Shown: positions 17,588-27,979, counted from the first letter of the stretch. The stretch: DNA of 64,000 nt from Clostridia bacterium (GCA_017398825.1 JAFQEV010000053.1:4843-68842), one strand, 5' to 3'. Notes: generated by a model not told the origin, from the sequence alone. Translations and numbers: made by a program.

Positions 17588-18121
17588 TTAGAAAGTCGGT
17601 GGCGAACTTATCCAAAGAAATTTCGCCGTTTTATCTTTTACGTTTATAATGTAGTGTGATTTTGCCGAGGTGAAATAAAAACTCTCACCCTTTTTACAAG
17701 GGTATTTCTTCTTGCCGAGATGTATCACAATCTCGCCGTCAAGCACGTATCCGAATTCCTCGCCCTCGTGAGGCACGTCTTCCTCCGTAGCGCAGTTTTT
17801 ATTAAGCTCTATCAAAACGGGCTCCATACTGTTTTTTTGCGCGTTGGGAACAAGCCAGTTAAGCGTCATCGCCTCGGTTTTCTTCTCGATAAAGTCTTTA
17901 TCGGTAAACACGATGCGCTCGTCCTCCTCTTCGCTGAAAAAATCTTTTAACGTCGTTCCAAGCGCGGATAGTATATCTATTAAAGTGGCAATCGAGGGGC
18001 TGGTTAAATCATTTTCGAGCTGAGAAATGTAGCCTTTAGTGAGCTCACACCTGTTTGCCAGCTCTTCCTGCGTGAAATCGCATTGTAGCCTTAGCTCCTT
18101 AATTTTATCTCCAAGTTGCAT
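17588..18121 (-). CDS. XRE-HTH plus cupin regulator (PuuR-like)
   Basis: N-terminal HTH (LGDKIKELRLQCDFTQEELANRCELTKGYISQLEN) and a C-terminal cupin (GEEFGYVLDGEI...GESFYF). The start is preferred at ATG 18121 (GGAG upstream). Confidence 0.8.
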   Translation of the reverse strand: MQLGDKIKELRLQCDFTQEELANRCELTKGYISQLENDLTSPSIATLIDILSALGTTLKDFFSEEEDERIVFTDKDFIEKKTEAMTLNWLVPNAQKNSMEPVLIELNKNCATEEDVPHEGEEFGYVLDGEIVIHLGKKKYPCKKGESFYFTSAKSHYIINVKDKTAKFLWISSPPTF

Positions 18122-18243
18122 ATCAAGCACTCCGTTTTGTAACATTAAACTTTTTGTTTAGCAAAACTAAACAAGATAATTATATAAATACTACACTCTA
18201 TTGTCAATAATTTTATATATATTTTTTAAAAAAATATAATAAT

Positions 18244-18276
18244 GAAACAAAAATCCACGGCATTGCCGTGGATTTT
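18244..18276 (-). terminator. Intrinsic terminator of the GH2 gene
   Basis: AAATCCACGG-CATTG-CCGTGGATTT followed by a T-run on the minus strand. Confidence 0.75.
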
Positions 18277-18284
18277 ACGCATAA

Positions 18285-20012
18285 TTATTTATTAAATTTT
18301 TGATTGAACGCCTCGTAAACCTCTTCGTTTACCCTGATAATTTGCTCTTTACTTATCTTTAAAACTCTATCAAAGGTGAAAATTCCGTTTATCTCGTCTT
18401 CAATGTCGGTGAGCTGTGTGTAAACGGTGGCGCAAAGCGCGTTCTTTTTTATCTCGGGGATAATTTCCGTTTTGAAAAGCTTTACGTATGCGTTTTCAAA
18501 ATCGGTTGCCGTTTTAAACATTTTATAGCCGAATTTTTTATCGGTAAAAAGGTGCTCTTTGATGGGTAAACTGTAACCGCCGAACTCGGTAACTGCCAAA
18601 ACTCTCTTTCTATCGTTTTTAAGGCGGATTTTTCTAAAGTAGATGTGACGGCTACGCACGTCTCCACCCCCCTTATCCTGCCAACCGCGTGCATGATCGT
18701 AAATTCGAGAGGGGTCGCGCTTTCTTAAAATTTCAGTTACGTTAACGGCGTCAAACTGACCCCACGCCTCGTTAAAGGGGGTGTATAGGCAGAGGGAAAC
18801 GCAGTTAAAAAGCGTGTCTTGCAATAAAAACGCCTCTTTGTAATACTGCTCGCGTGACATTGCTCGCCTACCCATTTTTTTGTAGTTTTTATCGTTTATG
18901 TGTAAGTTTATAAACGGTGCGAGCATTATTCTTAAAGACTTGTATTTTGCTCCGCCGTTTATCATATCTTGCCAAACTAATACACCTAATATGTCGCAGT
19001 AATAATACCAAAGGAGTGGCTCGATTTTTATGTGCTTTCTAAGCATGTTAAAGCCAAGTTCTTTAACCGACTTTATCTCCTTAAACATCGCCTCGTTTGT
19101 TTTGGGCGTTAGCAAGCCCTTTTCAAAATAGCCTTGGTCGAGCAAGCCGTTGTGGAAAATAGGCTCGTTGTTAAGCGCAAAAAGCTTAAAGCCGTCTTTT
19201 TCTATCACGGAGAATTTTCTAAGCCCAAAATAGCTTTCAACCTCGTCGCTCCCAAAAGTTAACTTTACTTTGTAAAGTTCAGGGCTTTCTACCGACCAAG
19301 CTTTACAACAAGAAACGTCTAACGTAACGCTATCGTCGCCACTTGCTAAGGAGATAACTTTATCCCCGTCGATAACGGCTACGGTCAACGTGCCCTCGCC
19401 TACCTTTTCGGGAATAACGTTTAAGGTTTTATTATCGTAATCGGGGTTGAGTTTTACGCTTTTTAAGTAGGTGTTTGGAACGCTTTCTAAAAATACCGTT
19501 TGCCAAATTCCACTCGTTGCAGTATACCAAATACCGCCGTTTTTATAAACTTGCTTGCCCCTGCCGTAAACGTCACTCGACGCATCGTCCTTAACCTCTA
19601 CGGTTAAGAGGTTTTCTCCAGGTTTTATCGAGCTTGAAATATCAAAAGTAAAGGGGTTGTAGCCACCGAGGTTTTCGCCTACGAGCTCGCCGTTTACAAA
19701 CACTTTTGAGGTTTGGTCAACCGCACCGAAATTTATAAGAACCCTGCCCAAATTGAAATTTTCAGGCAAGGTAAAGGTTTTGTTGTAAATCAACGTATCG
19801 TCCTTTTTAACCTGCTGTAAAACGCCTGATAAATCGCTCTCGGGAGAATATGGAACGTTGATTTTACCACTTAGGCAAGTCCCGTCGGCTTTAGCTAAGA
19901 TAAAATCCCAAAGCCCGTTCAAGCACAAATAGCTATCGCGCTTAAACTGAGGGCGAGGATACTCGGAAAGTGGAATATTAGATTTTTCATCAAAATAAGG
20001 TTTTAGTATCAT
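18285..20012 (-). CDS. Glycoside hydrolase family 2 protein (beta-galactosidase/glucuronidase-like)
   Basis: EYPRPQFKRDSYLCLNGLWDF N-terminus, sugar-binding and TIM-barrel blocks (NMLRKHIK, FNEAWGQ). The start is uncertain (ATG 20012 or TTG 20054) and no clear RBS is present. Confidence 0.7.
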   Translation of the reverse strand: MILKPYFDEKSNIPLSEYPRPQFKRDSYLCLNGLWDFILAKADGTCLSGKINVPYSPESDLSGVLQQVKKDDTLIYNKTFTLPENFNLGRVLINFGAVDQTSKVFVNGELVGENLGGYNPFTFDISSSIKPGENLLTVEVKDDASSDVYGRGKQVYKNGGIWYTATSGIWQTVFLESVPNTYLKSVKLNPDYDNKTLNVIPEKVGEGTLTVAVIDGDKVISLASGDDSVTLDVSCCKAWSVESPELYKVKLTFGSDEVESYFGLRKFSVIEKDGFKLFALNNEPIFHNGLLDQGYFEKGLLTPKTNEAMFKEIKSVKELGFNMLRKHIKIEPLLWYYYCDILGVLVWQDMINGGAKYKSLRIMLAPFINLHINDKNYKKMGRRAMSREQYYKEAFLLQDTLFNCVSLCLYTPFNEAWGQFDAVNVTEILRKRDPSRIYDHARGWQDKGGGDVRSRHIYFRKIRLKNDRKRVLAVTEFGGYSLPIKEHLFTDKKFGYKMFKTATDFENAYVKLFKTEIIPEIKKNALCATVYTQLTDIEDEINGIFTFDRVLKISKEQIIRVNEEVYEAFNQKFNK

Positions 20013-20203
20013 AGATACTATTATATATGCTAATTGAATTTTTGTAAAGAACAAAAACTTAAATATGCATTTAGAAAAAGGCTAATAATATACAATAATT
20101 ACGCCCACAAAAGCGAGTTAGATAAATACCATAGACCTTTTTTACTCGTTGCCTATTACAGCGATTTTAAGCCGTTAGTTGCAAGTATAACGAGGCTCGC
20201 CAA

Positions 20204-20237
20204 ATAAAAAACTCCCGTTTGTTAAAAACGAGAGTTT
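20204..20237 (-). terminator. Intrinsic terminator of the prs transcript, downstream of two repeat elements
   Basis: AAACTCTCGTTT-TTAAC-AAACGGGAGTTT followed by T6 on the minus strand. Confidence 0.6.
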
Positions 20238-20453
20238 ATTGCAACTATTTTAAGGCGTTAGTTTGGGTATTAGGCGAGGCTCGTAAAGACGGGGCGGTTA
20301 CGATAGACCTTGTTGGTCATCGTAAATGCAACGGCTTTAAAACGAGAGTTTATTGCAACTATTTTAAGGCGTTAGTTTGGGTATTAGGCAAGGCTCGTAA
20401 AGACGGGGCGATTACGATAGACCTTGTTGGTCATCGTAAATGCAACGGCTTTA
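20225..20453 (+). repeat. Head-to-tail tandem duplication, 2 x 114 bp, of a hairpin element
   Basis: Units 20225..20338 and 20339..20452 differ at only 2 positions. Each carries ATTTTAAGGCGTTAGTTTGGGTATTAGGC(G/A)AGG plus the hairpin TACGAT-A-GACC-TTGTT-GGTC-ATCGTA. Confidence 0.9.
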
Positions 20454-20492
20454 TAGAAACGACGCATAATGCCCGAAATAACGACTTAAAAA
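20361..20492 (+). repeat. Intact TIR-hairpin element (T2-e) ending at the prs stop codon
   Basis: The left arm ATTTTAAGGCGTTAGTTTGGGTATTAGGCA and the reverse complement of the right arm (ATTTTTAAGTCGTTATTTCGGGCATTATGCG) match at about 26/31 positions. The right end abuts the TAA of prs (20493..20495). Confidence 0.8.
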
Positions 20493-21446
20493 TTAATAGT
20501 TGTTGTAAATATCCGACATCTTCTTATCTTGATATACGTTCTCAATAGCTAAAGCAAAGAGTTTTGCTGCGGATAAAACTTCGATTTTATCGAGCTTTTT
20601 CTCTTCGGGAAGAGCTACGGTATCTAATACTACGAGCTTGGTGATGTGAGAGTTTTTAATTCTCTCGATTGCAGGACCGCTAAATACAGCGTGCGAGCAA
20701 CAAGCGTAAATTTCTTTTGCACCGTTGTTGAAAAGTGCCTCAGCACCTTGAACGATAGTACCTGCGGTATCAATCATATCGTCAACCATCAAGCACTTCT
20801 TGCCCTTGATATCGCCGATTATGTTCATAACCTCAAGCTGATTTGCTTTGGGACGGCGCTTATCGATAATAGCCATCGAACAGCCGAGCTTGCTTGCAAC
20901 GTTTCTCGCTCTTGTAACCGAGCCAACGTCAGGAGATACAACGACGAAATCTTCGTCAACTTTATCCTGGAAATATTTAAAGAGTAACGGTCCACCAACT
21001 AAGTGGTCAACGGGGATATTGAAAAAGCCCTGAATTTGAAGTGCGTGAAGATCCATAGTTAAAATTCTATCCGCACCTGCAGTTTGAATAAGGTCGGCTA
21101 CAAGCTTTGCAGTAATGGGGTCTCTCGGTCTTGCCTTTCTATCTTGACGAGCGTATCCAAAATAAGGAATAACCGCCGTAATACGACCTGCAGACGCGCG
21201 CTTAACCGCATCAATCATAACGAGTAATTCCATTAAATTATCGTTAACAGGTTGGCAGGTTGACTGAATAATAAATACGTCTCTACCTCTTACCGTTTCG
21301 CCGATGTGAACATTTATCTCACCGTCACTAAAACGACCTACTTCAACGTCAGCAAGGTCCATTCTAAGCTCTTTAGCGATTGCTCGAGCCAAGTCCTTGT
21401 TTGAGTTACCAGAAAAAAGCTTTATCTCCGTTCCGTGTGTTATCAT
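20493..21446 (-). CDS. prs: Ribose-phosphate pyrophosphokinase
   Basis: [18 protein letters not shown] and DLHA motifs, plus the PRPP-binding loop [10 protein letters not shown]. Confidence 0.95.
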   Translation of the reverse strand: MITHGTEIKLFSGNSNKDLARAIAKELRMDLADVEVGRFSDGEINVHIGETVRGRDVFIIQSTCQPVNDNLMELLVMIDAVKRASAGRITAVIPYFGYARQDRKARPRDPITAKLVADLIQTAGADRILTMDLHALQIQGFFNIPVDHLVGGPLLFKYFQDKVDEDFVVVSPDVGSVTRARNVASKLGCSMAIIDKRRPKANQLEVMNIIGDIKGKKCLMVDDMIDTAGTIVQGAEALFNNGAKEIYACCSHAVFSGPAIERIKNSHITKLVVLDTVALPEEKKLDKIEVLSAAKLFALAIENVYQDKKMSDIYNNY

Positions 21447-21500
21447 AACTCCTCCGTAAAAAATAAATTAAATTTTTAATAGGCAATTTAGCCTATTTAT

Positions 21501-21529
21501 ATTGTACAAAATTATCACTTTTAAGTCAA
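21501..21529 (-). promoter_or_regulatory. Sigma-A type promoter for prs (TTGACT-17-TACAAT)
   Basis: Read on the minus strand. The -35 box is at 21529..21524 and the -10 box at 21506..21501. Confidence 0.5.
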
Positions 21530-21545
21530 CCGATTAGCAATTATT

Positions 21546-22001
21546 TTAATCTTTTCTTTTCTCCGAAAAGAAGCCCTTTAAGAGAGTGGAACACTCCTCT
21601 TCTAAAACACCGCCCTCCGCATCGGTCACGTGGTTTAACCCGCCTTTATACAAAATTCTGAAATTGCTAAACACCGCACCGCTCTTTTTCTCAAACGCGC
21701 CAAAGTAAACCTTTTTAATCCTCGCGTTCACTATCGCGCCGGCGCACATAGGGCAAGGCTCTAACGTTACGTACATCTCCGCCCCCTCGAGCCTCCAGTC
21801 TTTTAACTTTTTGCAAGCCTTTTCTATTGCGAGCACCTCAGCGTGAGCGGTTGCAAGCCCCTTTTTGTTGCGCATATTGTAGGAAGAAGATAAAATCTCC
21901 CCGTCCTTTACGATAACCGCGCCTATGGGAACTTCACCCTCTTCTCCAGCTTTTTTTGCCAAGCGCAAAGCCTTTTTCATATAATAAAACTTATCTTTCA
22001 T
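21546..22001 (-). CDS. tadA: tRNA adenosine(34) deaminase
   Basis: HAEVLAI and PCPMCAGA zinc-binding motifs. Confidence 0.9.
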   Translation of the reverse strand: MKDKFYYMKKALRLAKKAGEEGEVPIGAVIVKDGEILSSSYNMRNKKGLATAHAEVLAIEKACKKLKDWRLEGAEMYVTLEPCPMCAGAIVNARIKKVYFGAFEKKSGAVFSNFRILYKGGLNHVTDAEGGVLEEECSTLLKGFFSEKRKD

Positions 22002-22471
22002 TTATGGTATTTCCCGTCCTCTATAATAGTAAACGCGCGGTAAATTTGCTCGGTGAGCATAACTCTAAACAAGGTGTGAGGAAAGGTCATATCGGATACC
22101 GACATAAGCTCGTTCGCCTCCCTCTTAACAAAGTCCGCAATGCCGTAAGAACCGCCTATTACGAAGGTTATTTCCCCCTGCTTGTCCTTAACCGATTTTA
22201 CCTTTTCGGCAAGCGCTTTTGACGAGAGCTTTTTGCCCTCGATTGCCATCGCTATAACGTAGCCCTTGAGCGCTTTTAAAATATCCTCGCCCTCGCGCTT
22301 TAAAATTTCTTGAATTTCGCTTTCAGAAGGCTCGGTAACGATATTCCTTTCCTTTATCTCGGTAACCGTTACCTTTGCGTAACGCGAAAGCCTTTTAACG
22401 TACTCGTTAACGCCTTCCTCGTAGTATTTTTCTTTAATCTTGCCTACGGCAACAATATTTACCTTTACCAT
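21998..22471 (-). CDS. rlmH: 23S rRNA (pseudouridine1915-N3)-methyltransferase
   Basis: SPOUT-fold RlmH pattern (VAVGKIKEKYY...FVIGGSYG...LSVSDMTFPH). The start is preferred at ATG 22471, overlapping the upstream stop by 1 nt. Confidence 0.85.
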   Translation of the reverse strand: MVKVNIVAVGKIKEKYYEEGVNEYVKRLSRYAKVTVTEIKERNIVTEPSESEIQEILKREGEDILKALKGYVIAMAIEGKKLSSKALAEKVKSVKDKQGEITFVIGGSYGIADFVKREANELMSVSDMTFPHTLFRVMLTEQIYRAFTIIEDGKYHK

Positions 22472-23406
22472 TATACCACCAAAGCGGTTATCCACATAAC
22501 AACCGTAACTATTATACCTATGAGCGCGCCGAAAATAAACTTGTTCCTGTTAACCTTTTCGCCCTCTCCACTGTTTTTAGGTTTATCGCCTTTTACGAGC
22601 AAAAGCGCTATGCCTAAAGCTAAGAATATAAGCCCAACAGCCGTAACGATATAAAGCCCAGCTCCTGATAAATCTATTTGGAAAAAATAATAGTTTAAAA
22701 CGATATATAAGTTGTTTACAAGATGCATTCCAACGGCGTAGAGGATATTTTTGCCGTACAGCACAACGAGGGCGTAGCAAGCGCCTACGATAAACTGGTA
22801 TATCGTTTGCGCGGGCGACATGTGAAATAGTGAAAATATAACGCCCGATATAACAACCGCAAACAGCGTTCCCGTGCCCTTTAGCGAGCTTAGCAATAAG
22901 CCTCTAAATAAAAACTCCTCAACTACGGCTGGAATAATACAAACGAAAAGTATGCTTGCAATAACGCCACCAGCGCTAAATTTAGGCAATATAGGAGCGG
23001 ATATTTTAAGCCCTGCTTTTTGCAACGCAGTAACGAACAGCTCGTTCACCTCAGCCAAGCCAAACATAAGCCCAAGCCCTATTAAAACTACTGAAATTAA
23101 GGATAGAAAGGAAAAGGAGCGAACGTCAATCGCACTTAAAATGGGAATAGGTCTTCTCAAACGCAAAACGCCGATTGCAAGCAAAATTGCAATCGGAGCT
23201 AATACGAAGTTTATAATTATTATAATATCGCTTTCATACGCCTCAGCGGTTGTGCCAAGCATGGTCATAACCGTTGAAAAAATCATAGATACGAGAAGTG
23301 CCGATACTACGGCAAAGGAATATAAAACTCCACCCTCTTCGGCGGAGAGATTTATAAGCTTTGCATTTTTAACGTTTCCCTTATCCATATATATATGATA
23401 ACGCAA
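22471..23406 (-). CDS. CPBP-family intramembrane glutamic endopeptidase
   Basis: EEFLFRG, FSLFH and HLVNN motifs in a polytopic membrane protein. The start codon is uncertain. Confidence 0.75.
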   Translation of the reverse strand: MRYHIYMDKGNVKNAKLINLSAEEGGVLYSFAVVSALLVSMIFSTVMTMLGTTAEAYESDIIIIINFVLAPIAILLAIGVLRLRRPIPILSAIDVRSFSFLSLISVVLIGLGLMFGLAEVNELFVTALQKAGLKISAPILPKFSAGGVIASILFVCIIPAVVEEFLFRGLLLSSLKGTGTLFAVVISGVIFSLFHMSPAQTIYQFIVGACYALVVLYGKNILYAVGMHLVNNLYIVLNYYFFQIDLSGAGLYIVTAVGLIFLALGIALLLVKGDKPKNSGEGEKVNRNKFIFGALIGIIVTVVMWITALVV

Positions 23407-23424
23407 ACGCTTTTATTTTTCAAG

Positions 23425-23730
23425 TCAATCATCGCAAAAACCGTCTTCTTTTTCATCAAAGCAAGCGTCTTTGCAGGGCAAGCACTTCTTCTCGTCGCTT
23501 AAGTGCTTGTTAAATTCAACTAAAATCGCATCGTCGCCTATCTTAACGATATCCGAGTATTGAATTTCAACGGTATCGCACGATAAAAAGCCTCCCTTTT
23601 TACCAGACGCTATAAGTTTTGTTATCCTACCGCTTTTCCTATTAAAAATAAGGTCGGTGGGCTTTCCGAGGTTTGTGCCTGTTGAAATATCTAAAATTTC
23701 TTTCTTTTTAAGTTCATTAAAGCTTATCAT
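23425..23730 (-). CDS. YlmC/YmxH-family PRC-barrel sporulation protein with a Cys-rich acidic tail
   Basis: SFNELKKKEILDISTGTNLGKPTDLIFNRKSGRITKLI matches the YlmC/YmxH pattern. The extra C-terminus is CLPCKDACFDEKEDGFCDD. Confidence 0.7.
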   Translation of the reverse strand: MISFNELKKKEILDISTGTNLGKPTDLIFNRKSGRITKLIASGKKGGFLSCDTVEIQYSDIVKIGDDAILVEFNKHLSDEKKCLPCKDACFDEKEDGFCDD

Positions 23731-23764
23731 ACTCTTTTATATGCAAAAAAAACTCAAAACATTA

Positions 23765-23795
23765 CAAAAACCGCAAGGATTATCCCTGCGGTTTT
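23765..23795 (-). terminator. Intrinsic terminator
   Basis: AAAACCGCAGGG-ATAAT-CCTTGCGGTTTT plus a T-run on the minus strand. Confidence 0.7.
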
Positions 23796-23811
23796 ATATA
23801 ATTAATTGTTT

Positions 23812-24639
23812 TTAGCGCCTAAAAATCTTTCTTAAAATTAAGATTACAACCTTAATTATAATGCCTGCCGCCAAGCAAAGCACGGAAAGAACGAGTGATA
23901 ATATAAGCGTGCAGAGCAAAAAGCTTGAGCCAAAGCTCATAACGCCAAGAAAATCATCGTAAATGCCAAACGGAATAAGCCCTAACACGAGGTTAACTGC
24001 GAGCAATAAAACTATCATTAAGGGAATTGCCACGAGCGAACCCTTAATATCGGCACCGCTTAAGCTCATGTGAATAGCAATGCAAAGGCTAACGAGCATA
24101 AATACCCACCATTTCCAGCCGATTGAGAACTCTGCAAACATAGATTTCATCATTCCGCCAAAAAGGGTGAACACGTTGCCAAAGATATTCATAATTCCGT
24201 CGCTAGGAAGAAATGAAAACTCTTTAAAGTAGGTGCTAATTTGGCTAAACGTGTTAGGCAAGAAATATTGCATTCCAAAGTAAATAATAAGCGTGCCTAC
24301 GGCTATCGGAGCAACGCCGATAAAGTAGTTACCTATCTGCTGATAGATATTTCTCGGGTTCCAAGAGTGGTTAACGTAGCCCAAAACACCGTCTTCATCG
24401 TTTATTTGGAAGAACTTAACGGCGTTTACCTTGTGGAAGAAAACTAAACACATAAGGAGGTGGCTCGTTTCGTGAATAGGCGTACCTATAAGACCCGTGC
24501 CGTAAACGGAAAGCTTACTGTAATTGAACATTTTATAGAAGGTTCTATTTATTAACGAGATTAAAAATCCCACGAGATAAACGCAACCTATAAACGCTAT
24601 TACATGCCATAAAACGTTTAATAAAATTTCTACAAACAT
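23812..24639 (-). CDS. Polytopic membrane protein with an HExxH-like motif (DUF3267-like putative zincin)
   Basis: HETSH lies within the first loop/helix region and there are about 6 hydrophobic helices. The family assignment is from memory only. Confidence 0.4.
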   Translation of the reverse strand: MFVEILLNVLWHVIAFIGCVYLVGFLISLINRTFYKMFNYSKLSVYGTGLIGTPIHETSHLLMCLVFFHKVNAVKFFQINDEDGVLGYVNHSWNPRNIYQQIGNYFIGVAPIAVGTLIIYFGMQYFLPNTFSQISTYFKEFSFLPSDGIMNIFGNVFTLFGGMMKSMFAEFSIGWKWWVFMLVSLCIAIHMSLSGADIKGSLVAIPLMIVLLLAVNLVLGLIPFGIYDDFLGVMSFGSSFLLCTLILSLVLSVLCLAAGIIIKVVILILRKIFRR

Positions 24640-24693
24640 AATTTATCCCCAAAACTTATCGGGGCGGAATTCCGCCCCGGAAGTTTTTACTTG

Positions 24694-27600
24694 TTAAAGA
24701 GTTATATTGTTGTACTCTTTGGTTACGGTAGTAGAAGAAATAATCTTGTTGCCGTTACCGATAGCGCGTACTCTAATAATAATGTTAGTAATCGCTACAC
24801 CCTCGTTTGCCGTCTTCCAGTCAACGATAGTCTGTGCGTTCTTAGCGTTAATTTGAGGTTGTACTGCAACTACGGGAGAAGTAAATTCGCCACCGTTAAT
24901 GCTGAATTCTACCTCGTACTGAACAGCATCAGTAATGGTTGCCCAAGTAATGATGCCTTCACGCCAAGTAAAGCTACTTTCGTTGGGAACTGCAAGTAAA
25001 GTGATGTAGTAGCTGGTGTTGTTACCACCTGCGGACTGGGAGTCGAGATAGTAAATACCTTCATCGTCAAACGCACCGCCGAGAGCGTAAACTCTTGCAA
25101 AGTGCTTGCCTACTGCACCAGGATTGTGATTGCAAGTGCTTGCCTTTACGGTTTGCTCTACACCTGCGATAGTGTAAGAATAACCGTTGTTGTGCTCAGA
25201 TTCTTTAGTGATAGTAGCGATGATTTCGCCCGTTTCACTATAGCTCTCTGCACTGTAGGAAAGCTTAAAGTCAGGAGTGGTGAGCTGTTTGGTCTTTTGA
25301 ACGAACTTGTTCTCGTCAGAATTGATAGTAGTATAACCACCGTCACCGATAGCGATTACAACAACCGTGTAATCTTTTACTCTATTGAACTTCGGAGTGT
25401 AGCTGTAGGACTCGCCAGATACGTGAGTGTAGGTTTCAGCAACAACGCCGTCAACGTAAATAACGTAACTGGACGCAAGAGCGATACCGTCCCAAACGTA
25501 CTTGCCGGTTTCGCGACGAACTTCGGGAGTTTCAAGCTTGTATACGGTAACTTCGGTGCTCTTTTCAGAGTTGATATACTCAGTACCGTTACCGATAGCT
25601 TTTACTAAGAAGGTGTAACTGTTTCCGCCAACGAGAGAAGAGATATCCATAGTGGTACCGTTCTTTTCGCCGTTGTAGAGAGTGCCGTTCGGATAGTAAA
25701 CCTCGTAAGTCGGGGTGTACTTTTGAGCGTTAATGTTGCGGGGTGCATTCCAAATAAGTTGATTGTTGTTGAACGCAACGTCACCAAAGGTGGGAGCGGC
25801 AAGCTTAACGAACTTAGTGGTAAGACCAGCTTTAGAAGACATGTAGTAAACAGTCTTATCGGTGTTGAAATAGTTAGCAACGGTTTCCATATGAACGGTA
25901 GTACCTTCAGTAGTTATGTACTGGTTCATGTTCTGAATATCTTCAGCAGGAACGCTACCAAGACCGCTATCACCATCGAATACTACGAGGTAGCTTAAAG
26001 CGTGGAGAACGGGATCCCAGCCGAGAACGCCTTCAGACGCGTCAGCCGTGTTAATTCTAACGTTTCTCGGAGCTTCAAGGCGTTGAACGTTGATAGCGCC
26101 GGTGTAGTTAGACGCAAGCACGTCACTACCGTTACCCTTAGCACAAACTCTAACGTCGTAAGAGCCTGCCTCTAAGATAGATAAATCGTAAGAGGTGTTA
26201 CCGCTGGTAGCCTTCTCACCGTCAATGCTGATAGAATAGCCGTTTGCACCGTTGATAGTGCCGTACTTGTATTCAAAGCCTTCGATAGTGGGAGTTGCGG
26301 GCTGAGCGAGAACTTTAATACCAAAGGTTAAAGACTTAGTCTTTAAAGAACTTAAGTTAACGCGGGTAATGCCACCGTTTCTGGAAACGTTACCAACTGC
26401 TTGAATTGCAAAGTTGTAGCTCTGCTCTTCGATAACGCTGTTAGCAACAACGTCAGTTACGGAGAACTGAGTAGCAAGACCGGTCTTGTACTCTGCATTA
26501 TCTCTATAAAGCTTGTATCCGCTTGCACCTGCAACGGTTTTAAAGGTTACGGTAAAGCCCTTGGATACGTCAGCTGCGTCACTCGTAATGAAATCTTCGT
26601 CGTTTTGAACGGGAGCTGCAAGTCTGGTGATGTAAATAGGATCGGAGTACTTAGACTCGTAGGTATTTGCATCGGAGGTAATTGCCTTGAGTTGAACCAT
26701 ATAATCGCCTTCGTCAAGGTATGCATGAGCATAACCGTCCTCATCTCTTGCAAGGTTGCGCTCGGTAGAGTTACCGTCAGGAGTAGTCACTTTAACTTTG
26801 TAACCGCCTGCGTTCTGGATAAGATCCCAGTAAATACTCTTCATTTCTTGACCTTCGTGCTCAAGACTGTCGTTCCATTGTAAAACAGGAGTGGGTAAAA
26901 TAAGAACGGTCTTGGGAGTGGACCAGCTCGAGAAATAAGTGCTATCCGTGCTAACAGGCATAATGCAAACTTCAGTAGAAACGTTTGCAGTTAAGTTAGG
27001 ATACGAGTTAGTAGATAAAGTTTCGTTCTTTACGTTATTACCGATTTTAATTTTATAACCGCTAGCACCGCTAACTTCGTTCCAAACGAGAACGCCGTCA
27101 ACTACGGTAACGTTAGTTACGGTAGGTAAGTAAACGAAATCCTTCTTCTCGGAAAGCGCACCACTAAAGGTAGTAACACCGTTACCAACTGCCTTGATTT
27201 CAACTGAGAAGTTCAAGGCGTTAGAATCGTATGCAAACGAAGTACCGCTGTGGTTTTCAGCAAGAACAACGCCGTTAACTCTAACTTCGTAACCGGTAGC
27301 GCCAGCAACCGAGTTCCAGTTAATAGATGCGGTAGTGTTAGAATAAACGATTTGATCTTTGTTAACCTGACCAAGAATATCTAACTGCTTAGACTGGCTC
27401 CACTCTGAATAGTAAGAGGTGTCACCTGAAACGATAGCCTTTACTGCAATGTTGTGGTGACCAGCGGGCAAGTTGGTGTATTCGGTTTCATAGAACTCGT
27501 TAGGAAGTTCAGAACCGTTATCCTTAACCTTGTACGCGGTAGCGCCGTCAACAGCGTCCCAAGAAATATTACCAGTAGCGTCAATGCGAACTTCTTGAAT

Positions 27601-27921
27601 TTTCGCAAGCGGTTTAAAGGTCTTTGTAGCCTCGCCCTCTTCCTTTACTTTTTCGGATTTGTGCGTAGCTTTAATAGTTACGGTAAATTCAGCGCCGTTT
27701 GCTCTGAACGCATACCTGTTGGTATTAACCGTATACTCGTCACCACCGTTGATAGACACTTTGTACTGGTTAGCGTCTTGTACAGAGTCCCAGGTAATAG
27801 ACGAGCCGTCGTATCTGATGTTCGTGGGATCACCAAGCTCGAGGCCCTTACAACCCGTTAACCCTATCATTAACGTGAACGCACACGCGCACGCTAATAT
27901 TGTAAGTAACAGTTTTCTCAT
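24694..27921 (-). CDS. Large surface lipoprotein composed of at least 11 FN3-like modules
   Basis: Lipobox MRKLLLTILACACAFTLMIGLTGC (start ATG 27921 with RBS AAGGAG). Recurrent I(S/T/N)W(D/N)xVxGA(T/S)xYxV modules of about 90 aa. Confidence 0.8.
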   Translation of the reverse strand: MRKLLLTILACACAFTLMIGLTGCKGLELGDPTNIRYDGSSITWDSVQDANQYKVSINGGDEYTVNTNRYAFRANGAEFTVTIKATHKSEKVKEEGEATKTFKPLAKIQEVRIDATGNISWDAVDGATAYKVKDNGSELPNEFYETEYTNLPAGHHNIAVKAIVSGDTSYYSEWSQSKQLDILGQVNKDQIVYSNTTASINWNSVAGATGYEVRVNGVVLAENHSGTSFAYDSNALNFSVEIKAVGNGVTTFSGALSEKKDFVYLPTVTNVTVVDGVLVWNEVSGASGYKIKIGNNVKNETLSTNSYPNLTANVSTEVCIMPVSTDSTYFSSWSTPKTVLILPTPVLQWNDSLEHEGQEMKSIYWDLIQNAGGYKVKVTTPDGNSTERNLARDEDGYAHAYLDEGDYMVQLKAITSDANTYESKYSDPIYITRLAAPVQNDEDFITSDAADVSKGFTVTFKTVAGASGYKLYRDNAEYKTGLATQFSVTDVVANSVIEEQSYNFAIQAVGNVSRNGGITRVNLSSLKTKSLTFGIKVLAQPATPTIEGFEYKYGTINGANGYSISIDGEKATSGNTSYDLSILEAGSYDVRVCAKGNGSDVLASNYTGAINVQRLEAPRNVRINTADASEGVLGWDPVLHALSYLVVFDGDSGLGSVPAEDIQNMNQYITTEGTTVHMETVANYFNTDKTVYYMSSKAGLTTKFVKLAAPTFGDVAFNNNQLIWNAPRNINAQKYTPTYEVYYPNGTLYNGEKNGTTMDISSLVGGNSYTFLVKAIGNGTEYINSEKSTEVTVYKLETPEVRRETGKYVWDGIALASSYVIYVDGVVAETYTHVSGESYSYTPKFNRVKDYTVVVIAIGDGGYTTINSDENKFVQKTKQLTTPDFKLSYSAESYSETGEIIATITKESEHNNGYSYTIAGVEQTVKASTCNHNPGAVGKHFARVYALGGAFDDEGIYYLDSQSAGGNNTSYYITLLAVPNESSFTWREGIITWATITDAVQYEVEFSINGGEFTSPVVAVQPQINAKNAQTIVDWKTANEGVAITNIIIRVRAIGNGNKIISSTTVTKEYNNITL

Positions 27922-27979
27922 AGTTTTTTCTCCTTTTATATATTCAACAAGATGCAATCTTGTTTAAACTTTTCAAGTT

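Noticed and set aside
20219-20548. 109-aa ORF on the plus strand.
   Set aside because: It is a read-through of the 2 x 114-bp tandem repeat, so the peptide sequence itself is duplicated. It has no RBS, and its 3' end overlaps prs on the opposite strand.
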